From positions 288,001 to 352,000 of the forward strand of contig CAVTRY010000013.1 of the NCBI GenBank assembly GCA_963737265.1: a stretch of DNA of 64,000 nt, given 5' to 3'. Below are positions 19,001 through 27,271 of the stretch, piece after piece. The translations under genes were made by a program, and so were the position numbers. This DNA comes from an uncultured delta proteobacterium (GTDB lineage: Bacteria > Myxococcota_A > Polyangia > Fen-1088). The notes beneath the pieces are model-generated. The model did not search any database and had not been told where the DNA came from. It saw only the letters and a list, made by a program, of their open reading frames with translations. How positions within the stretch are numbered: the stretch's first letter is position 1; each line of letters starts with the position of its first letter.

Positions 19001-22000
19001 TAGGCCGGGAAGTACGCGGGGTGCGCCCGGCTGCCCTCTCCGTCCACGCCGCCATTGCCAATCGGAGTGCCCTGCTTGTACTGGAAGGTGTAGTAGCTCC
19101 CCTGGTAAAGCCCGGTGCCACCGGCCAACGTGCAGGCCGGCAAAATACTCGACGATGAACAAGAGCTCCAGGACGCGTTCACGTGATCCTGCGGGCCTTT
19201 GCTGCTGCCGCGCGAAATTACCCAGCGACTATCGTTGCTGCCGACCAGGCTGTAGGTGACCTGGTTGGGAGTGGCGGTCGGGTTGATGGCGCCATTGCCA
19301 CCATAGTCCACCATGCAGCTGGAAGACGGACCGGCTGAGAGGGAGAAGCAGCCGGCCTTCTCCAACTCGCCGCGGGCCAAGAATTGCGTTTCCGTGATGT
19401 TGTTCGAGCTTGGACAGGGCAGTTGCAGCTTGACGTAAGGATAGTAGGCATTGGTGTCCACGGTGGTCGAGGTCGAGGTCGAAGTCGAAGTGATCCCCTT
19501 GCCCTGATAGGAATTCATGAATCCGAAGTTCACCTTGTCGGAATATTCGGTGATTGCCCTGCGCAGGGCACGCTTGACCGTCATCATGCGGGACGATGCG
19601 GGGACGCACAGGTCGGTGGTGGCGCTTCCTGGGCAGTCCGCCGTGGACGCGCACCAGAGCCCCGAATCGGCACACATCTGCGCCGGCTGGCCCTCGATGC
19701 AGAAGTCGCCGGACAGGCTATTGGCGCAGGATGGATCCCCGGCCGACGCGCAGGTCGCGCCGACGGTCGTCACGCCGTGCTTGCAATTGCCCCACGGCGT
19801 TCCCGAGTACGTCATGCAGGACTCGTTGCGCAGGCGGCCCGAACCATCCAAGGAGGAAATGTCGAGGCAGAAGTCGCCCTTGATTGCATTGCTGATCGAC
19901 GTGCAAATGCCGTCCGACGTGCACGGGACACCGGTCGAATAGTTGCAATAGCCTTTGGTCGTGGGCGTGCTTGGAGTGCAAGCGTTGGGATCCGTACTGC
20001 CTTGGAAGCCGCAGATCGAAACGGTTTCCGTGCCAGTGGCCGAGACCGTGGCGGTCGTGGTGTAGGTTGTGGAAATGTTGGTGGTCGTCGTGGTCGTGGT
20101 TGTGGTGGCCGCGGTGCCTGTCCCGGTTCCCGTCACCGACCCGGTCACGTTGCCGGTTCCCGTCACCGTCACGCCTCCCGTCACGGTTCCGCTCGCGGTC
20201 AGAAGCGCCGTCGCCGACACGGTGCTAGTTCCGGTCGTGCTGAAGCTCACGGTGACGGTTCCGGTCCCCGTGACCGTCGGCGTCCCCGTTACCGTCCCAT
20301 TCTCCGTTACGGTGGCCGTGCCGGTCACCGTTCCACATGCGGTTCCTGTCTTCTGGTATGTGGAGGTGAGTGTCGTCGTTGCGGTTGTGGTGCTGGTGGT
20401 TGTCGCGCTGGAGCTACCGTAGGTGCCTGTCGAGGAGCCGGTTCCGGTCCATGTGGACGTACTGGTGTAAGCAAGTGAAGCCGTGCTCGTCCAAGTCGAC
20501 GTTCCGGTCAGCGTGGTTCGACTGGTACTGGTGCCGGCTGATGTGTAGGTCCACGAGAGGTTATTGATTGGCTGGGTCGCGCTCATGGTAGTACTGACTG
20601 TCTGGGTGGTTGTGCCGCTCTGTGTGCGCGTGCTTCCCGTGTCGGTACTCGTCGTTACACTTGCTGTCTGCCCGGTGGCCGAAACGGTTCCCGGTCCAAA
20701 GGTGGCGGCCCAAGTTACGCTGGTCGCGCTGTCTGTCGATTGCGCAACGTGGGTGCCGGTGGCGTGAAATGTCCAGGTGAAAGCGGAGCTGCTTGTGCTC
20801 GGGTAGGCGACAGTCGTGGTGAAGGTCGATGTTCCGCCCGGGGTGCTGGTCAGGTAAGCAGTGTTGTTGGCCGTGCCACCGCCGGTGACAGACGCCGTCG
20901 CCGAACCCGTGACGGTCTTCGATGAAGATGCCGTCACGGTGCCGATGGTCGTGGCCGTGCTGGTGCTCGTGGTACTGCCGGTGGCGGAATACGTCTGGGT
21001 CACCGTCTTCGTTCCGAGCGCGGTCGTCGAGGCCGTTGCGACCACCGTGCCGGCCGCGGTGCCGGTCTTCGAGACCGCCACGGTGCCGGTCGATGTTCCC
21101 GTGCTGGTTGTCGTACCGCCGCCGGAAAGCGTGACCGTCAAGGTCGAGGTCACGGTTCCCGTCGCGGTCGCCGAGCCGGTTGCTGTGACTGTTCCACTCT
21201 TGGTCACGGATCCAGTTACCGTCACGGTCGCGCTTTCCGTGGTCGTGCCGGTCGCGGAAATGCTGGCGGTTTCCGTGACCGTCGCCGTGCCTGTCACGGT
21301 CCCGGTCAGGGTGGCCGTCCCGGCCACGGTGACGGTTCCATTCAAGGTGACGGTTCCCGTCGACGTCGTAGTTTGCGACTGGGCTGAAGTGCCCGTGCCG
21401 CTCATGGTCTGCGACGCTCCCGCTGCCGTCGAGGTTAGCGTCCTCGTGCCCGTTGCGGTGACCGATCTCGATCCCGTGACCGTCCAGTTGCCGTTGGCGG
21501 AGCCGGTGGCGGTGGACGTGCCGCTCGCTGTCGCCGTTGCACTGGCCGTCGCCGTGTTCGACGCCGAGGCAGTCGCCGTACCGGTTTGGCTGCCCGATGT
21601 CGTCATGGTCGTGGTGACAGTCGTCTGGGTGGTGGTCGCGCTCGTCGAGCTGGTGCTCGTGGTTACTGTGCTTGCGTAGGTGTAGGTCGACGTTGCCGTG
21701 CAGGTCGACGGGGCGCTGCCGAAGTACATTCCGTTCTGTCCCATGCCCGAAAAGTCCCAGCGGCCGTTTTGGCCGACCAGACGGCAATAGCGGCTGCCCT
21801 CCTCGCAATCCGCGCCGACTTCGTTGTAGCGGGCGGCGTTTTCGCCGGACAAACCCTGCATCGACTCCATCGTTTCCAGCACGACCAGCACGTTCGGCCT
21901 GCGCGCGTCGATGAGATTCTTGACCACCTGAAGCGGATACACATCCGCGTGCAGCGCGGCCGGCGATGACCAAGTCACAGCCAGCAGCGCGAGCGCCAAG

Positions 22001-22050
22001 CACGAACGTCGGAACGCGCAAGAGCAAGCGGAAGAAGGAGTAGACCTCAT
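16072..22050 (-). CDS. pilY1: Giant PilY1-like adhesin B with a Thr/Ser/Gly-rich insert of about 560 aa
   Basis: Paralog of 9292..15891 at both termini with the same PilY1 motifs; ATG 22050 lies downstream of a sigma54-like promoter (ORF track TTG start 22074). Confidence 0.82.
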   Translation of the reverse strand: MRSTPSSACSCAFRRSCLALALLAVTWSSPAALHADVYPLQVVKNLIDARRPNVLVVLETMESMQGLSGENAARYNEVGADCEEGSRYCRLVGQNGRWDFSGMGQNGMYFGSAPSTCTATSTYTYASTVTTSTSSTSATTTQTTVTTTMTTSGSQTGTATASASNTATASATATASGTSTATGSANGNWTVTGSRSVTATGTRTLTSTAAGASQTMSGTGTSAQSQTTTSTGTVTLNGTVTVAGTATLTGTVTGTATVTETASISATGTTTESATVTVTGSVTKSGTVTATGSATATGTVTSTLTVTLSGGGTTTSTGTSTGTVAVSKTGTAAGTVVATASTTALGTKTVTQTYSATGSTTSTSTATTIGTVTASSSKTVTGSATASVTGGGTANNTAYLTSTPGGTSTFTTTVAYPSTSSSAFTWTFHATGTHVAQSTDSATSVTWAATFGPGTVSATGQTASVTTSTDTGSTRTQSGTTTQTVSTTMSATQPINNLSWTYTSAGTSTSRTTLTGTSTWTSTASLAYTSTSTWTGTGSSTGTYGSSSATTTSTTTATTTLTSTYQKTGTACGTVTGTATVTENGTVTGTPTVTGTGTVTVSFSTTGTSTVSATALLTASGTVTGGVTVTGTGNVTGSVTGTGTGTAATTTTTTTTTNISTTYTTTATVSATGTETVSICGFQGSTDPNACTPSTPTTKGYCNYSTGVPCTSDGICTSISNAIKGDFCLDISSLDGSGRLRNESCMTYSGTPWGNCKHGVTTVGATCASAGDPSCANSLSGDFCIEGQPAQMCADSGLWCASTADCPGSATTDLCVPASSRMMTVKRALRRAITEYSDKVNFGFMNSYQGKGITSTSTSTSTTVDTNAYYPYVKLQLPCPSSNNITETQFLARGELEKAGCFSLSAGPSSSCMVDYGGNGAINPTATPNQVTYSLVGSNDSRWVISRGSSKGPQDHVNASWSSCSSSSILPACTLAGGTGLYQGSYYTFQYKQGTPIGNGGVDGEGSRAHPAYFPAYMGKYYDAGGGNCYNAIDAERTDIVNDGIYGRPAYTGTPYNATNEVGVPWGGSTNASACDATTGAAWNPNTVPFLNSTVAQTGTATSTATATFSFNGKTITRAQKTLMTTARLEKASFGGVDATGRLSPIGCELKNDALPDQYHSAADYLAQAQSNDAANNGGNTPCWSNNIILVVDGQSNGPGDTGAAVDCASSACAYDADSNPTLTGCSCSAITKAYNLAHSGTPVQTHVVVNAPATWSTRCPYSYAMLWNIAVAGSPNFDGTPVFGTSEEEVYQGVVSKIAASQSPFPFTTTSATAGPGTQSATGVITSSAMLYDTSVNYPSWAGSVRAYDTSAGFADLKWDAVTIPSSAAQFYGRDWKSRRVFFSSSPNGTVAQIQIASDGSVLNKSALHTAGLGATDAEAEKIAQWLLGDPASSNPTPLMGSVTTSTPIVVGQPAANGLNGSTAYSQNNANRPALLYVGGDDGMLHAFFAQAATLPLKYNGAGLTFMGGEEAFAFIPQDMLPVITRQYAQGGQKIGADKADHIFGLAASPKVKDLCMGPTCATSDGSDWHTILVMPEGIGGNKPFALDITNVIDQNNLLSQPPSLLWQPGVHMPGGGNDSTTWDQSLGQTESIPAFYFNGYNSTSGADNRILLASGYPTQPRTGNYLTQGLHILNADALTGAVKDNQTVGAAGNCTQTQAVLADIAVARNYSSAQAAQGIVAGYVGDTWGNLYQYVPMQPLFNPPLFQFGCGQPIHFAPTVVQLERANLQSPSKGLIYVVQVTNSNLDSATQPVTAAYPPSELVVTRLSSTTNPPTIDASFSTTGQIVLTLNPAATTNAICLNATVKDKSTACPGGAVVPSTARPMGTPTAVLRSDGLGFQVIATWYDAAAIGNNCSSGNQFSVGTSYITVHEFDYSGAWYQIAGMTVASSVVTGVAFDGTGLFVDGILNGSSGVTGQTISGQTFSSAQQLTSNSSIERFRRTNWTERLDL

Positions 22051-22076
22051 ACGAACGGTTCTCTGGTTCCGCAAGT

Positions 22077-22093
22077 AGCAAGCCTGCGGCCAG
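22077..22093 (-). promoter_or_regulatory. Putative sigma54 promoter for the pilY1 genes
   Basis: Minus strand CTGGCCGCAGGCTTGCT has exact GG-N10-GC spacing; IHF-like TATCAATGAATTC about 20 bp upstream. Confidence 0.55.
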
Positions 22094-22255
22094 ATCGACC
22101 GTTCGCGAGAATATCAATGAATTCAGGTGGTATGGAACTGTTTGGGGTAGGGTGGTGTCTCGCCTTGTGCCCCCTTGGCCTACCTCCGTCCCCGCACCCG
22201 TTGCGGACTCCGCAATTTTTGCGTCTGCCCGAGCCCGAGCGCCCCCTTCGCCGCG

Positions 22256-22954
22256 CTAGGGCTGCTGTGTGAAATCGAGGAGTGACGTGATCTTCAGGAG
22301 TCCGCTGTCGTACTTGATCGGCAGGTCCACCATTCCCTTGACCTCGAAGGGCGGGGCCGTGAGGTCGATGGTTCGGTGCTCGCCGGCCTTGATGTCCCGG
22401 TTCTCGGGGCCGCGGTCATTGGTGAGGATGGCCCACTTGTATTTGCCCTTGCGCAGGTTGTTCGCGATGAACTTGCGGACGAGGGCGTTGGGAAGGTGCT
22501 GAAGGACATCCTTGCACAGGAGCAAATCCGCGCTGGGGAGATCCTCGGTAACGTCGCCGACCTCGAACTTGATATTGCCCTTCTCGTACTTTTGCCGAAC
22601 CTCCTTGATCACGTCCGACGAGATGTCGATGCCGAGGTAGCTCGCGCCGTTCCAGTCCATGACGCTCGAAAAGCTCCAATCACCGCAACCGGCGTCGACC
22701 ACCGACTTGACGCCATGGCTCTTGATGAAGCTCTCGACGTAAGCGCGATAGTCACGGGTAATCTCCACCGTCGATCCTGGCCCGCTCGTGCCCTTGCCCG
22801 AGCGATCCCTGTCCCACTTGCCGCTGGCGTAGATGCCGTTGAAGGTGGCCATCAACCGCTGCCTGGCGATGGCGCTGGCGACGAAATAGGTGAGCGCCAG
22901 GGCGGCGGCGATACTCGCGGCGATGATGACGGGTTTCTTCATTGCTGCGTTCAT
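22256..22954 (-). CDS. Class I SAM-dependent methyltransferase with N-terminal signal/anchor
   Basis: F.GIY...W, SGPGS, VVDAGCGD, YLGIDIS, KDVLQHL. Confidence 0.8.
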   Translation of the reverse strand: MNAAMKKPVIIAASIAAALALTYFVASAIARQRLMATFNGIYASGKWDRDRSGKGTSGPGSTVEITRDYRAYVESFIKSHGVKSVVDAGCGDWSFSSVMDWNGASYLGIDISSDVIKEVRQKYEKGNIKFEVGDVTEDLPSADLLLCKDVLQHLPNALVRKFIANNLRKGKYKWAILTNDRGPENRDIKAGEHRTIDLTAPPFEVKGMVDLPIKYDSGLLKITSLLDFTQQP

Positions 22955-22960
22955 CTCTTT

Positions 22961-24550
22961 CTATTGGTGTCGTTCGGCCTCCCGGTAGGCGCGCAAAGTC
23001 GAGGCCGATTCCTCACAATTCATCTTGGCCTCGGTCATGAGATAGTACCTCGTCACCTCGTCGTAAGAGTAGGAATAGGCAAGGTGTTCCATGATCGTCT
23101 GCTTTGCCGTCTTGGCGGGAATCTGGTGACGTTCTTTCTCTAGGACGTCCGTCATGTCGCGCATGAACCAATGATTGGCGGCCTTGTCGTAGGCGTGAAA
23201 ATAGGCGGGCAGATAGTGGACGGTATGACCCATGGCCGCGAGCGCCAGAACGGGTGCCACCCAGGCGCGGTAGCTCCACGCGAGCGCCAATACGGCGCCG
23301 GTGAACAGGGCGACGAAGGGCCATGCGCCAATCGCCCTCATCGCGTGCGGAATGGCTTCGTAGGTGAGCGCGGCGGGAACCAACCCGAGGAATACACCCA
23401 GCAGGGCGGCCATCGCAATCGCTGTCAACCAGCGCGTCGCGGATGAAAGGATGAGGCCCGGCGAGCCAGGCAGCGGTGGGCGGCCGCGCACGAAACGGAC
23501 GATCAACAGAATCGCCATCCAAGCTACCAGCGCGACGGCAAGGATATCGACGGGAGACAACTGGCCGGAGAGCTGCGGAGAAAGTCGCAGGCTGGCGTCG
23601 CCGCTTATGAACAGGAACGAGGGGCGCAGATGGAGCGCGAGGTTGTCGAAAAAGGCTTTGACGAGGAAGAGCCACCGGTCCATTTCCCCTGCGTTGTCGT
23701 GTACCCATCGATCGTTCCAGATCGCTACGTTGTTCATCCGAGCATTGATCTTGCCGTCGGTGAGCATGCGCAGCGTCGGGGCGAAGCCGGCCGCCGCAAC
23801 GAGGCCCGCCACGAACAAGCTTCTGATGAAGGTCCAGCGCGCGTTCCATTCTCGGGTAACCGCGAGGAGCAAGGCCCCGGCGGCAACGAGAACGAACGGT
23901 ACGACGGCGCGCAGTGGCGGATAGCTGGTCATGGATGCGGCGGCGCAAAGACCCGTGACTATCGACCAGGGAATGGCTCGCCTGCCGTCTTGATGGCAGC
24001 GCAGCATTCCCAGCAGTGCCAAGATCATGTATGCCGGAGCCAGCGGCGCCTCCCATCCGACGCGCGAAAACTGAAAACCCCACGGCGAAAGCAGGGCGGC
24101 CAACAGCACCATCCAGGGGAACACGCGGATCGCTTCACGCCTCGCACCCTCGCCGGGCTCGGAGGGGATGAGGGCGGAGAGATCCCGTGCGATGAAGAAC
24201 AACCCGAACGCCGTCACGAGGATCCAGAAAGCCGATACGGCGCGAAAGGCTGCCCGCGAAGTTCCAAAGACCTTCATCCAGACGATGTCGAACCCTATGA
24301 GGGTAAGCGGATGGTGCCCACCACCCGCAGCGCTCGAATAGAGTGGCCAAGCGTTTCCGTCAGCGTCCTTCCCGTTTTCGGCCAGGCACATGGCGTGAAC
24401 GGCGGGAGCCGCTTCGTCCATGAAAAACCCCGGGGGGCTAACTCCGAGCCCGCAAAAGCGAATCACCAGCCAGGTCGCCCCGACGGCAAAGAGGCTCGCC
24501 GTCGCGGCCTTACGCCATGTCGGTGTGCCGAACCAAGAGAAAAGCTTCAT
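22961..24550 (-). CDS. GT-C fold membrane glycosyltransferase (GT39/ArnT/PMT-like)
   Basis: PPGFFMDEA after the first TM helix, AFRAVSA, LSPW.FQFSRVGWE, many TM helices; ATG 24550. Confidence 0.72.
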   Translation of the reverse strand: MKLFSWFGTPTWRKAATASLFAVGATWLVIRFCGLGVSPPGFFMDEAAPAVHAMCLAENGKDADGNAWPLYSSAAGGGHHPLTLIGFDIVWMKVFGTSRAAFRAVSAFWILVTAFGLFFIARDLSALIPSEPGEGARREAIRVFPWMVLLAALLSPWGFQFSRVGWEAPLAPAYMILALLGMLRCHQDGRRAIPWSIVTGLCAAASMTSYPPLRAVVPFVLVAAGALLLAVTREWNARWTFIRSLFVAGLVAAAGFAPTLRMLTDGKINARMNNVAIWNDRWVHDNAGEMDRWLFLVKAFFDNLALHLRPSFLFISGDASLRLSPQLSGQLSPVDILAVALVAWMAILLIVRFVRGRPPLPGSPGLILSSATRWLTAIAMAALLGVFLGLVPAALTYEAIPHAMRAIGAWPFVALFTGAVLALAWSYRAWVAPVLALAAMGHTVHYLPAYFHAYDKAANHWFMRDMTDVLEKERHQIPAKTAKQTIMEHLAYSYSYDEVTRYYLMTEAKMNCEESASTLRAYREAERHQ

Positions 24551-24745
24551 CACTGCCGAAAGCCGATGGTACTCAAGTCCAGCCGCGTGGCAAGCAGGCA
24601 AGCTTTGCCACCGGCGCTCCTTCGCGGGAAGGTAGCTTCCATTTCATCGTCTTGAGGCGCTTCTCGCTTGAGCCCCTTCCCACGAAACACGGTGGGGCTG
24701 CTTGGCCAACCGCCGCCGGACTGGTTGGGCGGGGACCACGATCGA

Positions 24746-25381
24746 CTACGGCCCAGCGCCGGAAATACTTAGCGGCTGCTTCTCGGCGGCGCTTTTGGAT
24801 TTGGCGACACCGTCGAAGGTGTAATCGACGCGCAACTCTTTAGCCTGGCCCGGCGCCGGATCGCCGAAGAGCGCATTCGTCGGCGTTACGTCCAACGTAT
24901 TGTCCTTGACCATGTCGGCCACCATGTTCGTCACGTCGGCGGTTTTTCCGCTGGTGAAGTTGCCATAGGCGGCCTTGCCCACGACCAGGCGGACGGGAAC
25001 GGGTTTCTCGTCCGCGCCGATAGACAAGGTTTCGCCCTCCAAGACGCGCTTCTTTGCCAGCACACCGCCCTTGCTCCAGTCGACCCTCAATTGCTTGAAT
25101 TTGACCTTTGCCGGATCGCCGAGTATCTGGGCAACCGCGTTTACGCGCAGGGCATTTTCCTTGACCATGCCGGCGACGGTCTTTGTGACATCCGCTGTCT
25201 CGGCGTCCGTCAGATCGCCCCACACTGCCTTGACGACGATCAGCTTGGTCGCATCGGCGGGCGTGGGAGCCGTGTCCTTCCTGCCTTTGCAGGCTGGCGT
25301 CACCGCCGCAGTGAGGGCCAGAAAAATCGCCGTCGTCCCGAGAGTTTGATGCGCAAGTCTCATGGATCTCCTGCCTGACAT
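24746..25381 (-). CDS. Lipoprotein with two tandem SUEL-lectin/DUF3395-like domains
   Basis: Signal peptide plus Cys; two repeats of V.KA.(W/Y)G...DVT...(L/F)GDPA....K.LRVD(W/Y). Confidence 0.6.
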   Translation of the reverse strand: MSGRRSMRLAHQTLGTTAIFLALTAAVTPACKGRKDTAPTPADATKLIVVKAVWGDLTDAETADVTKTVAGMVKENALRVNAVAQILGDPAKVKFKQLRVDWSKGGVLAKKRVLEGETLSIGADEKPVPVRLVVGKAAYGNFTSGKTADVTNMVADMVKDNTLDVTPTNALFGDPAPGQAKELRVDYTFDGVAKSKSAAEKQPLSISGAGP

Positions 25382-25489
25382 TTGCCTGATTTCGCCAGTC
25401 TCGCCCCTAGAGTATCACCAGACCGTGGATGCCGCCCTGGTTTCGCGGTTTTCGCGGTCCCATTGGTGTCCGTGATAAGATCCCCGGCC

Positions 25490-27223
25490 ATGTCCTCGGA
25501 ACCCTCGACCACCAACAAGACTATCTGGACGCCGCCGGCGATCGCTCTCCTTGTCCTGTCGGCGCTTTTGCTGGCTCTGCTCGGAATCAGCTTCGCGCGC
25601 AGCGAATACGCCGAACCGCTCTTCATTCACACCACCTATTACTTCTTGATGGTCTTGGTGTTGTGCTGGGCCGGCACCTACCTTCACCTCGCGCGCGATC
25701 TTCGCAAAGGCGCCATCCTGGACTGGGTCAAGGAGAACAAGGCGGGGATGGTCGTCGCCCTCGGCGTCACCGTGGTCTCGGCCTTGGCCATCCATCCCGC
25801 CCTGCGCGTGCTGTCCGACGAAGCGAACCTGCTCGGAACGTCGAAGAATTTCTTCTTCAGCAAGACCGCCACCTTCACCACGACAGGAAAGTACTACTAC
25901 GACAACTTCTGGGATGCTGGTGTGGTTATCGACCGCAGGCCGTCTCTCTTTCCCTTTCTGGTCAGCCTGGTCCACGTCCTGCGCGGCTACTCGTTTGGCA
26001 ACGTCTTTTTGCTCAACCTGATGCTTCTTCCGCCCTTCGTTCTCGTCGCGTACCGACTTGCCAAGTCGCTCGGAGGCGAGGTCGTTGGGACGGTCACCGC
26101 ATTGCTCGTCGTCGCCCACCCCATCACCTTGATTTCGATGCGCTCGGGCGGCTTCGACTTCCTCGCGGCGTTTTTCTCGCTGCTCGTCATCAAGAGCTTC
26201 CTTGACCATGTTCGCCAGCCTTCGGCCGGGACCCTGGCCGTGTTGTGGATGAACCTGTGCATGTTCGCCGAGATCCGCTACGAGACGGGCCTGTTCCTGC
26301 TGCCGGTGGTGTTTTTGTTGCTGGTTTTTCGTCTGGTGAAAGTCAGCTACCTGCGCCCGTACCGGCTCCTGTACGCGCTCACGCCCGCCTTTCTTCTTCC
26401 GCGCATCTGGCAAGCCATCCTGCGCGGCAACGTGCCGGAACAGGATCCCGGTGCCGTCACCTTCAGCGTCACGAACTTCCTCGAAAACACGCGCGACTAT
26501 TTCAAGCCAATCCTTCACCCCTTCGATTTCCATCCACCGCACTCGACCATCGTCATTGCGCTCGGGCTCGTGGGCGCAATCCTGTGGTTGCGCTGGCTCG
26601 ATCGCCGCCTGCTGTCGCGCGATCTGCACGCCCCCAACTTCAAATTCGCCACCCTGGTGGTTTGCTGGATGCTGCTCCAATTCGTGATCGTGTTCACCTA
26701 TGTCTGGGGCCGGGCCCAGCACCCAGCTGCGTCCCGCCTGGTGATCGCCATCGATACCTTTTTCTCGTTCCCGGCGGCCTGGATCCTGGCGATGCTTCTC
26801 AAGCGGTTCCGCCCGTTCGTGCCGATACTGGTGGCCGCTGGGATATTTGCCGTCTACCTTCCGGTCGCGTCCGAGTATCGAATCCTAAACGAGCTCACCC
26901 TGACTCGCGAAGCTTCCACCACTTGGCGCTTCTTCGAGAGCCTGCACGAGAACCGCATTCTCGTTGTGACCGATCGGCCTGGCCTCTACACCATCATGAA
27001 CTACGGTGCGGTGGACTTCGAAACGGCCAAGAACGATCCGACCTTGCTCGAGGCCCACGATCGCCACCTGTTCTTCGACACCTACCTGGTCCAGCAGATC
27101 GATCTCACCACGAAGAAGCCCATGCCCCAATTCGAGATATGGCCCGAGCGAGCACGGCAGCCGATGATCGAGTTCCAAAACGACGCCAACTCGACCGTGC
27201 GCATCTCACGTCTGGTGCGCTAG
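25490..27223 (+). CDS. GT-C fold membrane glycosyltransferase-like protein
   Basis: LSDEANL after N-terminal TMs, RPSLFPFLVS, IRYE, about a dozen TM helices and a soluble C-terminal tail; ATG 25490. Confidence 0.65.
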   Translation: MSSEPSTTNKTIWTPPAIALLVLSALLLALLGISFARSEYAEPLFIHTTYYFLMVLVLCWAGTYLHLARDLRKGAILDWVKENKAGMVVALGVTVVSALAIHPALRVLSDEANLLGTSKNFFFSKTATFTTTGKYYYDNFWDAGVVIDRRPSLFPFLVSLVHVLRGYSFGNVFLLNLMLLPPFVLVAYRLAKSLGGEVVGTVTALLVVAHPITLISMRSGGFDFLAAFFSLLVIKSFLDHVRQPSAGTLAVLWMNLCMFAEIRYETGLFLLPVVFLLLVFRLVKVSYLRPYRLLYALTPAFLLPRIWQAILRGNVPEQDPGAVTFSVTNFLENTRDYFKPILHPFDFHPPHSTIVIALGLVGAILWLRWLDRRLLSRDLHAPNFKFATLVVCWMLLQFVIVFTYVWGRAQHPAASRLVIAIDTFFSFPAAWILAMLLKRFRPFVPILVAAGIFAVYLPVASEYRILNELTLTREASTTWRFFESLHENRILVVTDRPGLYTIMNYGAVDFETAKNDPTLLEAHDRHLFFDTYLVQQIDLTTKKPMPQFEIWPERARQPMIEFQNDANSTVRISRLVR

Positions 27224-27271
27224 TCAATCCCGATCACGTCCTCGCCGAGCACGAGGACTCAGGCTGGCCAA

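Noticed and set aside
13190-21679. Val-rich plus-strand ORFs (13190, 15128, 20069, 20861) that look like membrane proteins
   Set aside because: They are antisense shadows of the Thr codons of the two pilY1 genes
24587-24611. gtggcaa-N11-ttgccac as a sigma54 promoter
   Set aside because: GG-N10-GC spacing is not met on either strand; a 7-bp inverted repeat alone is weak evidence
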